A DNA stretch of 59,732 nt, taken from positions 1 through 59,732 of the forward strand of contig NZ_CABUCJ010000001.1 in assembly GCF_902490045.1 (NCBI RefSeq), in the 5' to 3' direction. Origin of the DNA: an uncultured Anaerotruncus sp. Its GTDB lineage: Bacteria > Bacillota > Clostridia > Oscillospirales > Ruminococcaceae. Below, in pieces: positions 42,427-52,612 of the stretch. Under the pieces are notes generated by a model. That model made no database searches. It had not been told where the DNA came from and worked only from the letters and a program-made list of their open reading frames with translations. Numbering within the stretch: the stretch's first letter is position 1; each line of letters starts with the position of its first letter. Both the position numbers and the translations under genes were made by a program.

Positions 42427-44049
42427 ATGAACAGAGGCCGACGCAGAGGGCTCCGGTGGCTGGCCGCCGCGCTGGCCCTGCTGTTTGCGTGCGCGGGGCT
42501 GCCCGCTTTCGCAGAGGACGCGGCCGTGCCGGCCATTTCCCCGACGGAAAAGACGCTGGAAGAGGGGCGGAAGCTCACGGAGATCGCCTTTACCGCGAAG
42601 GACGGGGAGGTTACCCTGTCCGGCAGCTTTGCCTGGGCGTCCGGCGTACCCTTTGATCGGGCGCTCACGCGGGAGGATTCCGGGAATTACACGGTCATCT
42701 TCACTCCGGAGCCCGCGGAGCAGAACGAGAAAATCTATTCCGAGGCGCGGCAGGCGGTCGCGGTCACCGTGGAGCCGAAGGAATCCCCCGGCCCCGCCTA
42801 TGACACCGCGTCGGCGGTCACCGAGGCGGTCCGCGCCATTTCGGGCATGACGGACGACGAGGTCCGCCACATCGCCGAGGCGGTGCGCGCGTTGAGCGGC
42901 CGCGAGCAGGACAGGCTTTCCCGGTCGACGCTCGAAAAGCTCGACGCGGAGTACTGCAAACGGTTCGGATACACCCACGAAACGACGGTCGACGTGCGGG
43001 ACGACGGCGTTTCGAGCAACCGTATCCCGCGCGGCTCCCACGCCTACGGCGTGGCGGCGGCCACCGGGGGAAACCGCGTGGTGAAGCTCTACCAGCAGAA
43101 GCCGTCGGGCAGTTCGGTGCTTCAGTTCGAACTGGAGGTGGACGGCAGCTCCGCGTCGCTGCCCGCGCCGATCGTCGTATACGTCGCGCTTCCCGGCAAC
43201 ATCAGCAGTTCCCGCGATTACTATTTGAAAAGTCCGGACGGGGAGATTTCCGCGAGCGTTTCGCGCGACTACCTCGCTTTTACGACCAGCACCCTCGGCC
43301 GGTTCCGCCTCTATCGGGAGCGTTCCTCCAGCCGGGACGACGATGATGACGATGACGACTGGTACCGCTATCGTTCCCGGAATGACCGCCGGGATTACGT
43401 CGTCACCTCCTTTTGGGAGTCGGTGATCGACGCGGTGCACGATGCAAAGGAGGACGACCGCCTGCGCGTCAACATCGGGACCCGTACCGAGATCCCCGCC
43501 GACCTGCTGAGGGAGCTGAAAGGCCGCCGGGTCATGCTGGTGCTGCGGCCCACGCGCGGGGAGAGCGTTACGATCCGCGGGCAGGAGGTCGTTTCCATCC
43601 CCGCTTCGCGCGACTACTACACGATGAACAATCTGCTTTCCCTCTACGAGCGGGGGGACCGTTTCGACGATCCCGCGCCCGTTTCAAGCGCATCGGCCCC
43701 TGCCGTTCCCGCGGCGCCCGCCGTGACCCGGCCGCCGGCGGCTTACACTCCGACTGTTCCCGTCTATACGCCTCCGGCGGCCTCCTCCGATTCGTCGGAA
43801 CCTGCCGCGAGCGTCCTGCCCGAGCCTTCCGGGGAGGAGCCGCTTCCCGACGTTGAAATCGCGGCGGAGGAGGACGATCCGCCCGAGTCCTCTGCGGAGG
43901 AGCCGGCCAAACCGCAGGAACCGACCGGCGGCGCGGAAAACCCCTTCGGTCTAGCGGTCTTTGCGGCGGCCGCGGTGGCGGTTGCGGCGCTGCTCTCCTG
44001 TGTGCTGACGCTCGTTATCTGGGGGGCGCGGCGCAGGAGGGGAAGATAG
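42427..44049 (+). CDS. Hypothetical surface protein (signal peptide, Pro-rich stalk, C-terminal TM anchor)
   Basis: AFA-E cleavage site, Asp/Arg tract, TM segment followed by RRRRGR. Confidence 0.75.
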   Translation: MNRGRRRGLRWLAAALALLFACAGLPAFAEDAAVPAISPTEKTLEEGRKLTEIAFTAKDGEVTLSGSFAWASGVPFDRALTREDSGNYTVIFTPEPAEQNEKIYSEARQAVAVTVEPKESPGPAYDTASAVTEAVRAISGMTDDEVRHIAEAVRALSGREQDRLSRSTLEKLDAEYCKRFGYTHETTVDVRDDGVSSNRIPRGSHAYGVAAATGGNRVVKLYQQKPSGSSVLQFELEVDGSSASLPAPIVVYVALPGNISSSRDYYLKSPDGEISASVSRDYLAFTTSTLGRFRLYRERSSSRDDDDDDDDWYRYRSRNDRRDYVVTSFWESVIDAVHDAKEDDRLRVNIGTRTEIPADLLRELKGRRVMLVLRPTRGESVTIRGQEVVSIPASRDYYTMNNLLSLYERGDRFDDPAPVSSASAPAVPAAPAVTRPPAAYTPTVPVYTPPAASSDSSEPAASVLPEPSGEEPLPDVEIAAEEDDPPESSAEEPAKPQEPTGGAENPFGLAVFAAAAVAVAALLSCVLTLVIWGARRRRGR

Positions 44050-44093
44050 GCAAAAACAGTTGACTTTCCGCAAGTTTGTGTTATATTGAAGAC

Positions 44094-44189
44094 AGAGTCC
44101 GGGGCACGGAATTAAAAATGACATCTTCACACCCTCACCCCCTATAGCATGGAGCGGTCCGCGCATCTGCGCGGGCCGCTCCGCTTTTT
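44094..44189 (+). ncRNA. Candidate ~95-nt small RNA
   Basis: TTGACT-N16-(TG)TATATT promoter at 44060-44087, C-rich tract, strong terminator at 44151-44189, no ORF with an RBS. Confidence 0.45.
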
Positions 44190-44450
44190 GTACGAAAAAG
44201 TAAGAGAAATGTAAGAAAACTGTTGCAAAATCGGTAAGAACCGTCCTGTATGATCTCTTTGTGTGAAATAGATGTTGACATTTTTTTAGCAATACTGTAT
44301 TATTGTACCGTTATGTTAATACAATAGGCGGAAATAATTTCACACGCCTGAATCCAGACGGCAGGGTATGTCGTTTCTATCAAAGGAGTTTCACGACGCC
44401 CGTCCGGGCGTCCGGCTGAAAAAGATTCTTAAATAAAGGGGTTATAAGGA

Positions 44451-46133
44451 ATGCTGGGGATAAAAAAGAAAAATCCGGAATCCACCGCGCCCGGCGCGGA
44501 ACAGGAGACGCCGAATCCCGCCGGGGTGAATCAGGACATCGCCCGCTTTACCAAGCGCAAATCCCACAAAAAACGGATTGTCATCGCCGTGGTGGCGGTT
44601 GTGGCGGTCGGGGCGATCGGATGGAAGTTCCTCTTTGCGAGCGCGCCGGTGATGGCCCCGGTCGCGTCCACCACCCTGCAGAAGTCCGACCTGGTCAACA
44701 GCATCAGCCTGACCGGCACGGTGGAGAGCGCGGAGGCCTCCTATGTACATACGACCCTCAACAGCACGGTGAACACCGTGGCGGTAAAGGTCGGGGACCG
44801 CGTGGAGGCGGGCGATCTGCTTGCCCAGCTCGACACCTCCGATCTTGAACTGTCGATCGCGGAACAGCAGGCGGTCATCAACAAGGCTTCCCGCCAGAAC
44901 CAGTACGCGATGGAAAACGCGCAGAAGAAGCTCGAGGACGCCAAGAGCGACATTTCCAACAACGTCGACGCGGAGCTGATCGCGGCGGAAAACGCCCTGC
45001 GCAGCGCGCAGCAGAACCTGAACGACGCGCGCCGCGACCTCAACGAGCACAAGGACGACCTCGATCATGCGGACGAGGTGATGAACAACCTTGAGAAGAA
45101 ACTCAACCGTGCGCGAAATGAATACCAGGACGCAGAAAAGAAATATCAGATCGCCGAGCGGGAACATAAGAATAACGGCACCCCGATCCCGCAGGACGTT
45201 ATCGATGAGCTTGATCGTTCGGAGAAGGCTTACGACGAGGCGCTCAAGGAATGGCAGAAGAACGACAACGAATACGGTGGCGATCTGAGCAGCTACAGCA
45301 AGGAGTACCGCTCCGCGCGTATCGCCTATGAGAACGCGCTCGCCAACAAGAACGCGATTGAAAACAGCGTCAACCGCAACCTCGACAACCTGCAGGACAG
45401 CATCAGGGGGCAGGAGATCGACGGAGACCTCACCTCCCAGCAGATCTCCCTCAAGAAGCTGCAGAAGGACCTCTCGGAGTCCACCGTTACCGCGCCGATC
45501 TCCGGTACCGTGACGGCGGTCTACGCCAAGGAGGGGGTCCCCGCCTCCGGGCTGCTCTTCGTGATCGAGAACACCGACGACCTGCTCGTAAAGACCTCCC
45601 TCAAGGAGTATGACGTTGCGTCTGTCCAGGAGGGGATGCTCACAGAGATCAAGTCGGACGCCACCGGCGAAGAGGTGTTTGAAGGAGAGGTTGGCCGCAT
45701 CTACCCCACGGCGGTCAAGGCCGCGGACGGCTCCACCAAGACGGACGGCGGCGTCGAGTTCGAGACGGAGGTCAACCTCATCAATCCCGCTTCCACCGGG
45801 CTGCGCGTCGGCATGAACGTCCGCCTCAGCATCGTCACGCAGAAGAAGGAGAACGTCTGGGCCGTCCCGTTTGAGGCGGTGGGGACCGACGCCGAGGGAC
45901 AGAGCGTGGTCTATGTCGCCAAGCCCAACGAGGAGGGTGCGATGATTGCGACGGCCGTTCCCGTGACCACCGGTATGGAGACCGACTTCTATCTCGAGAT
46001 CTCTTCCGACGGGCTAGCGGACGGCGATCAGGTGCTCTCCGACGCGAGCACGGTCATCCCCGGCATGCCGGTCGCGCTGGCTTCCGCCATGGCCGGCGGC
46101 GCGGTTCCCGCGGGCGCCGTAATGGAGGGCTGA
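44451..46133 (+). CDS. MacA/HlyD-type periplasmic adaptor subunit
   Basis: N-terminal TM, VKVGDRVEAGD, long coiled coil, VTAPISGTV. Confidence 0.88.
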   Translation: MLGIKKKNPESTAPGAEQETPNPAGVNQDIARFTKRKSHKKRIVIAVVAVVAVGAIGWKFLFASAPVMAPVASTTLQKSDLVNSISLTGTVESAEASYVHTTLNSTVNTVAVKVGDRVEAGDLLAQLDTSDLELSIAEQQAVINKASRQNQYAMENAQKKLEDAKSDISNNVDAELIAAENALRSAQQNLNDARRDLNEHKDDLDHADEVMNNLEKKLNRARNEYQDAEKKYQIAEREHKNNGTPIPQDVIDELDRSEKAYDEALKEWQKNDNEYGGDLSSYSKEYRSARIAYENALANKNAIENSVNRNLDNLQDSIRGQEIDGDLTSQQISLKKLQKDLSESTVTAPISGTVTAVYAKEGVPASGLLFVIENTDDLLVKTSLKEYDVASVQEGMLTEIKSDATGEEVFEGEVGRIYPTAVKAADGSTKTDGGVEFETEVNLINPASTGLRVGMNVRLSIVTQKKENVWAVPFEAVGTDAEGQSVVYVAKPNEEGAMIATAVPVTTGMETDFYLEISSDGLADGDQVLSDASTVIPGMPVALASAMAGGAVPAGAVMEG

Positions 46134-46135
46134 GC

Positions 46136-46885
46136 ATGAGCGACGAAAAACTTGCCTGGAGCCCCATGCCGGAAGGCGACCTGATCATTGACATGCGGGG
46201 AATCTACAAGCGCTTTTACATCGGCCAGCCCAACGAGCTGGAAATCCTCAAGGGCATCGACCTGCAGGTCGGACGGGGGGAGTTTGTTTCGATCGTCGGC
46301 GCTTCCGGCTCGGGCAAGTCGACGCTGATGAACATCATCGGCGCGCTCGACCGGCCGACAGAGGGCAGCTACACCCTCGACGGGGTGCCAATGCGCGACG
46401 TGCCCGACAACATGCTCTCGGAAATCCGCAACTGCAAAATCGGGTTCGTCTTCCAGACCTTCAACCTTATCCCGCGCACCTCGGCGCTGCGCAACGTTGA
46501 GCTGCCGATGCTCTATTCGGGCATGGGCGCTTCGGCCCGCAGCCGCCGCGCGAAGGAGCTGCTCGACCTCGTCGGCATGGCGGACCGGATGAAGCACCAG
46601 CCCAGCGAGCTGTCGGGCGGGCAGAAACAGCGTGTGGCCATCGCGCGCGCGATGGCCAACGATCCGGCGATCATCCTCGCGGACGAGCCGACCGGCGCGC
46701 TCGACACCCAGACGGGCCACATGGTGATGGACCTCTTCCACCGGCTGCACCGGGAGGAGGGGAAGACGATCGTGCTGATCACCCACAACCCCGAGCTCGC
46801 CGCCGAGACCGAACGGATCGTTACGATCAGCGACGGGCGGATCATCCGGACCGAGAAGGGAGGGTTGCCGCGTGCAGCTGTTTGA
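46136..46885 (+). CDS. ABC transporter ATP-binding protein (MacB/LolD family)
   Basis: GASGSGKST, LSGGQKQRV, LADEPTGALD. Confidence 0.95.
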   Translation: MSDEKLAWSPMPEGDLIIDMRGIYKRFYIGQPNELEILKGIDLQVGRGEFVSIVGASGSGKSTLMNIIGALDRPTEGSYTLDGVPMRDVPDNMLSEIRNCKIGFVFQTFNLIPRTSALRNVELPMLYSGMGASARSRRAKELLDLVGMADRMKHQPSELSGGQKQRVAIARAMANDPAIILADEPTGALDTQTGHMVMDLFHRLHREEGKTIVLITHNPELAAETERIVTISDGRIIRTEKGGLPRAAV

Positions 46886-48155
46886 AAACATCGCCCTCGC
46901 GGTCGCGGGCCTGCGCGCCAACAAGATGCGCGCGCTGCTCACGATGCTCGGCATCATCATCGGCATCGGCTCGGTCATCACGATCATGACGGTCGGCGAC
47001 GCGATGACCAGCTCGGTCACCGCGGTCTTCAACGACATGGGCGCCAACTCCTTCCAGCTGATGATGTCCGACAAGCCGGATGAAAACGGGGCCCTCAACT
47101 GGAACCGCAGCTATGAGGCGGAGGACTATATTAACGACGACATGCTCGACCTCTACACCGAACGGTTTGCCGACGAGATCGACTGCTGGGCGGTCACGGT
47201 CAACGCGGGCAACGGACGGGCGCAGGTGGGCCGCAGGCAGGCGGACTCCTGGGTCTATGGCGTCAACGCAAACGCCCTTGGCATCCAGAATATCAAGCCG
47301 ATCGCGGGCCACGACCTCAACGAACGGGAGGTCAGCGGCGGCAAATACGTCGCGGTCGTCTCTAAGGGAATGCTCGAAAAGCTGATGCCCGGCACGACCC
47401 CGCAGCAGGCGCTCGGTCAGGAGATCAAGGTGCGGCTGACGGGAGGGCTCTATACCTTCAGCGTCGTGGGAGTCTACGATTACCAGATCACCGGCATCAT
47501 GGCGAGCATGGCTGGGGATACCTCCCGCCAAATGTTTATCCCTGTGGGGGTGGCCAAGCAGATCGCCAAGGACGGCGGCGCGGACGCGAAAAACGTCGAC
47601 GGCTACTACGCCGTGCAGGTGAAGGCGAAGGCGGGCGTGGACGTGCAGGATTTTGCCGACCGCACCGCGGAGTTCTTCAACCGCTCCTTCTACCGGGACA
47701 ACAAATATGTCGAGATCGTGTCCCAGAACATGGACAGCATGATCGGCCAGATGACCGCGACCATGAGCACGATGAAGATGGCGGTTTCGGTCATCGCGGC
47801 GATCTCGCTGCTCGTGGGCGGCATCGGCGTCATGAACATCATGCTCGTTTCGGTCACCGAGCGGACCCGCGAAATCGGCACCCGCAAGGCGCTCGGCGCC
47901 AAGAACAGCGCCATCCGCGTGCAGTTCATCGTCGAATCGATGATCATCTGCCTGATCGGCGGCACCATCGGCGTCCTGCTCGGCACGACGCTCGGGCGGC
48001 TCGGTTCGGTCGTGCTCGGCGCGCCGAGCTGGCCGTCGCCGTCAGTCGTGCTGGTGGCCGTCACCTTCTCAATGGCGATCGGCGTCTTCTTTGGATACTA
48101 CCCCGCGAACAAGGCGGCGAAGCTCGACCCGATCGAGGCGCTGCGCTACGAATAA
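46872..48155 (+). CDS. ABC transporter permease (MacB/FtsX family)
   Basis: LTMLGIIIGI, GGIGVMNIMLVSVTERTREIG, LDPIEALRYE. Confidence 0.95.
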   Translation: MQLFENIALAVAGLRANKMRALLTMLGIIIGIGSVITIMTVGDAMTSSVTAVFNDMGANSFQLMMSDKPDENGALNWNRSYEAEDYINDDMLDLYTERFADEIDCWAVTVNAGNGRAQVGRRQADSWVYGVNANALGIQNIKPIAGHDLNEREVSGGKYVAVVSKGMLEKLMPGTTPQQALGQEIKVRLTGGLYTFSVVGVYDYQITGIMASMAGDTSRQMFIPVGVAKQIAKDGGADAKNVDGYYAVQVKAKAGVDVQDFADRTAEFFNRSFYRDNKYVEIVSQNMDSMIGQMTATMSTMKMAVSVIAAISLLVGGIGVMNIMLVSVTERTREIGTRKALGAKNSAIRVQFIVESMIICLIGGTIGVLLGTTLGRLGSVVLGAPSWPSPSVVLVAVTFSMAIGVFFGYYPANKAAKLDPIEALRYE

Positions 48156-48161
48156 AACTTA

Positions 48162-48195
48162 CCAAAAAGGACGGGCTTTTGCCCGTCCTTTTTGG
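48162..48195. terminator. Intrinsic terminator
   Basis: CCAAAAAGGACGGGC-TTTT-GCCCGTCCTTTTTGG. Confidence 0.85.
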
Positions 48196-48269
48196 AATTG
48201 CGCCGGTCGGACAACATGGTATAATAGAGTTGTTCAGGCAATCCGATATTTTGGAAGGAGCTGTTTTTT

Positions 48270-49208
48270 ATGCCGTTGGTCACTACCACCGAAATGTTCA
48301 AAAAAGCCTATGAGGGCGGGTACGCGGTCGGCGCGTTCAACGTCAACAACATGGAGATCGTCCAGGGGATCACCGAGGCCGCATCCGAATTGAAGGCGCC
48401 GGTCATCCTGCAGGTTTCCGCGGGCGCGCGCAAATACGCCAAGCACGCCTACCTTGTCAAGCTGGTCGAGGCGGCCGTCGTCGACTGCCCCGATATCCCC
48501 ATCGCGCTGCACCTTGACCACGGCGCGAATTTTGAGATCTGCAAATCCTGCATCGACGGCGGGTTTACCTCGGTCATGATCGACGGCAGCTCCCGCTCCT
48601 TTGCGGACAACATCGCCGAGACCCGCAGGGTCGTCGAATACGCCCACGCGCACGGTGTCGTGGTCGAGGCAGAGCTGGGCAAGCTCGCCGGCATCGAGGA
48701 CGCCGTCAACGTCGCGGCGGACGACGCGCAGTTCACCAACCCCGCCGAGGTCGAGGAGTTCGTCAGCAAGACGGGCGTCGACTCGCTCGCCATCGCCATC
48801 GGCACCAGCCACGGCGCCTACAAGTTCAAACCCGGCCAGAAGCCGCAGCTGCGCTTCGACATTCTCGAAGAGGTCAGCCGCCGCCTGCCAGGCTTCCCGA
48901 TCGTCCTGCACGGCGCTTCCTCCGTCCCGCAGGACCTCGTGAAGGTCATCAACCAGTACGGCGGAGCGATGCCCGACGCGATCGGCATCCCCGAGGAGAT
49001 GCTGCGCCAGGCGGCCGCGATGGCGGTCTGCAAGATCAACATCGATTCGGACGTGCGCGTTGCGATGACCGCCGCCATCCGCAGGTACATGGCGGAGAAC
49101 CCCAGCCACTTCGACCCGCGCCAGTACCTGACCCCGGCGCGCACCGCGGTCAGGGAGATGGTCTCCCACAAGATCACCGAAGTGCTCGGCTGCGCCGGAA
49201 AGGCATAA
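48270..49208 (+). CDS. fba: Class II fructose-1,6-bisphosphate aldolase
   Basis: ALHLDHG, SVMIDGS, GTSHGAYK, VLHGASS, FDPRQYL. Confidence 0.96.
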   Translation: MPLVTTTEMFKKAYEGGYAVGAFNVNNMEIVQGITEAASELKAPVILQVSAGARKYAKHAYLVKLVEAAVVDCPDIPIALHLDHGANFEICKSCIDGGFTSVMIDGSSRSFADNIAETRRVVEYAHAHGVVVEAELGKLAGIEDAVNVAADDAQFTNPAEVEEFVSKTGVDSLAIAIGTSHGAYKFKPGQKPQLRFDILEEVSRRLPGFPIVLHGASSVPQDLVKVINQYGGAMPDAIGIPEEMLRQAAAMAVCKINIDSDVRVAMTAAIRRYMAENPSHFDPRQYLTPARTAVREMVSHKITEVLGCAGKA

Positions 49209-49222
49209 TCGGTTTTATCGGG

Positions 49223-49257
49223 AAAAGCCCGGCGGACGGCATCCGCCGGGCTTTTTT
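49223..49257 (+). terminator. Intrinsic terminator after fba
   Basis: AAAAGCCCGGCGGA..TCCGCCGGGCTTTTTT. Confidence 0.85.
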
Positions 49258-49305
49258 GCGTCAGACCGCGTCCGGCGCGCATAGGATGGGGCAGGAGGTG
49301 AGCGC

Positions 49306-49485
49306 ATGGCACCGTACTATTATGGCCCGCGCCCGGTGCAGACCCCGATGCGGCACCACGGACGCAACTGGCCGACCAATATCAATGCTCCCGGCATGCA
49401 CTCCTTTCAGAGGGGGCCGCGAAGCATCTATGAGGAGCAGGAGTACTTCCGCACCAATCCATACGGCCGCCCGCTGTCCCGCTGA
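49306..49485 (+). CDS. Small Tyr/Pro/Arg-rich protein (59 aa), below the ORF-track cutoff
   Basis: AGGAGGTG RBS 5 nt before ATG; MAPYYYGPRPVQTP..NPYGRPLSR*; hairpin after the stop. Confidence 0.6.
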   Translation: MAPYYYGPRPVQTPMRHHGRNWPTNINAPGMHSFQRGPRSIYEEQEYFRTNPYGRPLSR

Positions 49486-49541
49486 GGGAAGGGAAAGCGG
49501 CGGGGCGCACGCCCCGCCGCTTAATCTATGGAAAGCCGGAG

Positions 49542-49715
49542 TTATCCCTCGGCCATCATCCGGTGGGCGAACCGGCGCATATCCTCGATCGAGTGGATCT
49601 CGCCGGCATGCTCGTTGATCGCGAGCTTTACCTCCAGCGGAAGCGCGTCGAAATAGCTGGCCATCGTCACGTCCGCGCCGAACCCGAACGAAAAAAAGTT
49701 CGGATACTCCTGCAT
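49542..49715 (-). CDS. Small hypothetical protein (57 aa)
   Basis: GGAGGTG RBS; MQEYPNFFSFGFG..RMMAEG*. Confidence 0.6.
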   Translation of the reverse strand: MQEYPNFFSFGFGADVTMASYFDALPLEVKLAINEHAGEIHSIEDMRRFAHRMMAEG

Positions 49716-50027
49716 GAAAATCACCTCCGCAGATAGCTTGCGCGGAATTTGCGATTCCATGTGAGCAATTTCTGGATATCGGAAAGACCGGGTGACGGCC
49801 CGGACCTTTCTCGTCCGGCGGAACGCCTCCGGACAAAAACCCAAAAAGCATCAGCCGGTATGGCCCTTGCGACAGCAATTCGCGGCATTGAAACCCGGAC
49901 AGGAAATTTACAACTTGGCGGATGAATTCGGCTGATTTGTCGATTACTTTGCACAACCCCTCTTTTCTTTGTGCGCCGGATGTGTTATAGTGTGGAAAGA
50001 AAAAACTGGAAGGGAAGAGAAGACAGG

Positions 50028-51134
50028 ATGGAACCGTCAAAGGTCTATTACACCAACCTCCACACCACGCTTGAGGAGAACCTGCTGCAAAAGCTCCGCC
50101 GGCTCGTCAAGGCGGCGGGAATCGATTCGATCGATTTCAAAAACAAATACGCGGCGATCAAAATCCACTTCGGGGAGCCGGGCAACCTCGCCTTCCTGCG
50201 CCCGAACTTTTCCAAGGTGATCGCCGACATCGTCAAGGAAAACGGCGGCAAGCCGTTTTTGACCGATTGCAACACCCTCTATGTCGGGCGGCGCAAGAAC
50301 GCGCTCGACCACATCGAGGCGGCCTATGAAAACGGCTACACCCCCTTTTCGACCGGCTGCCAGATCCTGATCGGCGACGGGCTCAAGGGCACCGACGAGC
50401 AGATTGTCCCGATCGACGGGGAATATGTGAAGGAGGCGAAGATCGGCCGCGCGGTGATGGATGCGGACATCGTCATCAGCCTCACCCATTTCAAGGCGCA
50501 CGAATGCACCGGAATCGGCGGCGCGATCAAAAACCTCGGCATGGGCTGCGGCTCCCGTGCTGGCAAGATGGAGATGCACTCGGCGGGCAAGCCGTTCGTC
50601 GACCGGAGCCTGTGCGTCAGCTGCGGCATGTGCTTTAAAAACTGTGCGCACGGCGCGATCTCCTTCCCGGAGAAAAAGGCGCAGATCGACCATGACAAGT
50701 GCGTCGGCTGCGGACGCTGCATCGGCGTCTGTCCGGCCGACGCGGTGCAGGCCGCGCAGGACGAGGCGTTCGACATCCTCAACAGGAAGATGTCCGAGTA
50801 CGCGTGGGCGGTCGTCAAGGGCCGTCCGGGCTTCCATGTCAGCCTGGTGCTCGACGTGTCCCCCTTCTGCGACTGCCACCCCGAAAACGACGTGCCGATC
50901 GTGCCCGACGTGGGCATCTTCGCCTCCTTCGACCCGGTGGCGCTCGATACCGCCTGCGCCGACGCGGTCAACGGGCAGCCGGTCCTTCCCGACAGCCTGC
51001 TCGCCAAACGGGGCGCGGCGGAAAAGGACCACTTCCACGCGCTGCATCCCGACACCAACTGGCGGATCGGCATTGAGCAGGCCGTCAAGATGGGGATGGG
51101 AAGCGCGGAATACGAGCTGGTTGAGATCAAATAG
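50028..51134 (+). CDS. DUF362 domain protein with 2x[4Fe-4S] insert
   Basis: IKIHFGEPGN, LTDCNTLY, HFKAHE, two CxxCxxCxxxC motifs, SPFCDC, DPVALD. Confidence 0.88.
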   Translation: MEPSKVYYTNLHTTLEENLLQKLRRLVKAAGIDSIDFKNKYAAIKIHFGEPGNLAFLRPNFSKVIADIVKENGGKPFLTDCNTLYVGRRKNALDHIEAAYENGYTPFSTGCQILIGDGLKGTDEQIVPIDGEYVKEAKIGRAVMDADIVISLTHFKAHECTGIGGAIKNLGMGCGSRAGKMEMHSAGKPFVDRSLCVSCGMCFKNCAHGAISFPEKKAQIDHDKCVGCGRCIGVCPADAVQAAQDEAFDILNRKMSEYAWAVVKGRPGFHVSLVLDVSPFCDCHPENDVPIVPDVGIFASFDPVALDTACADAVNGQPVLPDSLLAKRGAAEKDHFHALHPDTNWRIGIEQAVKMGMGSAEYELVEIK

Positions 51135-51138
51135 CATG

Positions 51139-51171
51139 AAAAAGCCTCCCGCTTAAGCGGGAGGCTTTTTT
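51139..51171. terminator. Bidirectional terminator
   Basis: AAAAAGCCTCCCGC-TTAA-GCGGGAGGCTTTTTT. Confidence 0.85.
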
Positions 51172-51189
51172 GCAGGCGGTAGGCCGCCG

Positions 51190-52347
51190 TCACTGGATCC
51201 GGTAACCATGCTTCAGGAGCAGCTGGCGGATCTTTTCGTGCGGGTCGATGATCGCGCTGACCGACATGTCGTGGTTGATCGCGGCGATGAAGTAGGCGAT
51301 ATACTTGGAGACGTCGACTTCGTGGAACCACTCGCGCGAAAGCAGCTCGGGGGAGCGGTAGGTGAGGTTGGTGCCAAAGACGCCGGAGACAAGTCCCTCG
51401 TCGTAGGCCCGGTCGAACTCGTCGAGGCCGTTTGTGAAGATCGCGTAGGTGGCGTAGGCGAAGATGCGCGAGGCATTGCGCTTTTTCAGCTCGCGCGCGA
51501 CTTCGAGCATCGACTCGCCCGACGAGATGATGTCGTCCGCGATGAAGACGTCCTTGCCCTCGAGGGTGTTGCCGAGATACTCGTGCGCCACGATGGGATT
51601 GCGCCCGTTGACGACGCGTGCATAGTCGCGGCGCTTGTAGAACATGCCCAGGTCGATGCCGAGCACGGAGGCATAGTACATGTTGCGGCTCATCGCGCCC
51701 TCGTCCGGGCTGACGACCATCAGGTGCTCGCGGTCGAGCCGGATGTCCGGGATGCTGCGCAGCAGGCATTTGAGGACCTGGTAGGAGGGAGTGACGTTGT
51801 CGAAGCCCATGAGGGGGACCGCGTTCTGCACGCGCGGGTCGTGCGCGTCGAAGGTGACGATGTTGGAGACGCCCATGTTCTGGAGCTCCTGGAGCGCCAC
51901 GGCGCAGTCGAGCGACTCCCGGTAGTTGCGGCGGTGCTGGCGGCTGCCGTAGAGCATCGGCATGATGACCGTGATGCGGTGCGCCTTGCCGCTGGCGGCC
52001 TGGATCAGCCGCTTCAGATCCTGGAAATGGTCGTCGGGGGACATGGCGTTCTGCCGCCCGAAGACGTTGTAGGTGCAGCTGTAGTTGCCGACGTCCACGA
52101 TGAAGAAGAGATCGTCCCCGCGGATGGTCGATTTGATAAGGCCCTTGCCGTCGCCGGAGGAAAAACGGGGACATTCGCTTTCGACGATGTAGCTGTCCTT
52201 ATAAAGTGGGCTGCCGTCCGCCCACTTCACAAGGTGCGCGTCGATCTTCTCGGTCAGTTCGCGCGCGCCGGTCAGGCTGATCAGTCCAAGTTCCGCCACC
52301 CGGTCACCCGACCGGAAGATGTCTTCCGCATCAATCTGCCCTGCCAT
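51190..52347 (-). CDS. prs: Ribose-phosphate pyrophosphokinase
   Basis: RFSSGDGK, FDAHDPRVQ, VSPDEG, DDIISSGES. Confidence 0.92.
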   Translation of the reverse strand: MAGQIDAEDIFRSGDRVAELGLISLTGARELTEKIDAHLVKWADGSPLYKDSYIVESECPRFSSGDGKGLIKSTIRGDDLFFIVDVGNYSCTYNVFGRQNAMSPDDHFQDLKRLIQAASGKAHRITVIMPMLYGSRQHRRNYRESLDCAVALQELQNMGVSNIVTFDAHDPRVQNAVPLMGFDNVTPSYQVLKCLLRSIPDIRLDREHLMVVSPDEGAMSRNMYYASVLGIDLGMFYKRRDYARVVNGRNPIVAHEYLGNTLEGKDVFIADDIISSGESMLEVARELKKRNASRIFAYATYAIFTNGLDEFDRAYDEGLVSGVFGTNLTYRSPELLSREWFHEVDVSKYIAYFIAAINHDMSVSAIIDPHEKIRQLLLKHGYRIQ

Positions 52348-52612
52348 TCATAACGCTCCTTTTCGTTCCGCGGTCCGCAAGGGCCCGCCGATCCTTTTCT
52401 GTGGCCCGAATTATGCAAAATCGGGTCGAAAAAACACAATTTGATTATACATGATCGTTTCAAGAATGTATACGGTTTTCACCCCTGAATGTAAAAAATG
52501 GGTAATCTCTACAAATTTCGAGATCGGCTCGGAAAAGATTTGTCCGTTGCCGTCATATACCGCTTTAAAGGGGCAAAAAGGCCGGGACCGCGCGCGCGGT
52601 CCCGGCCTTTTT

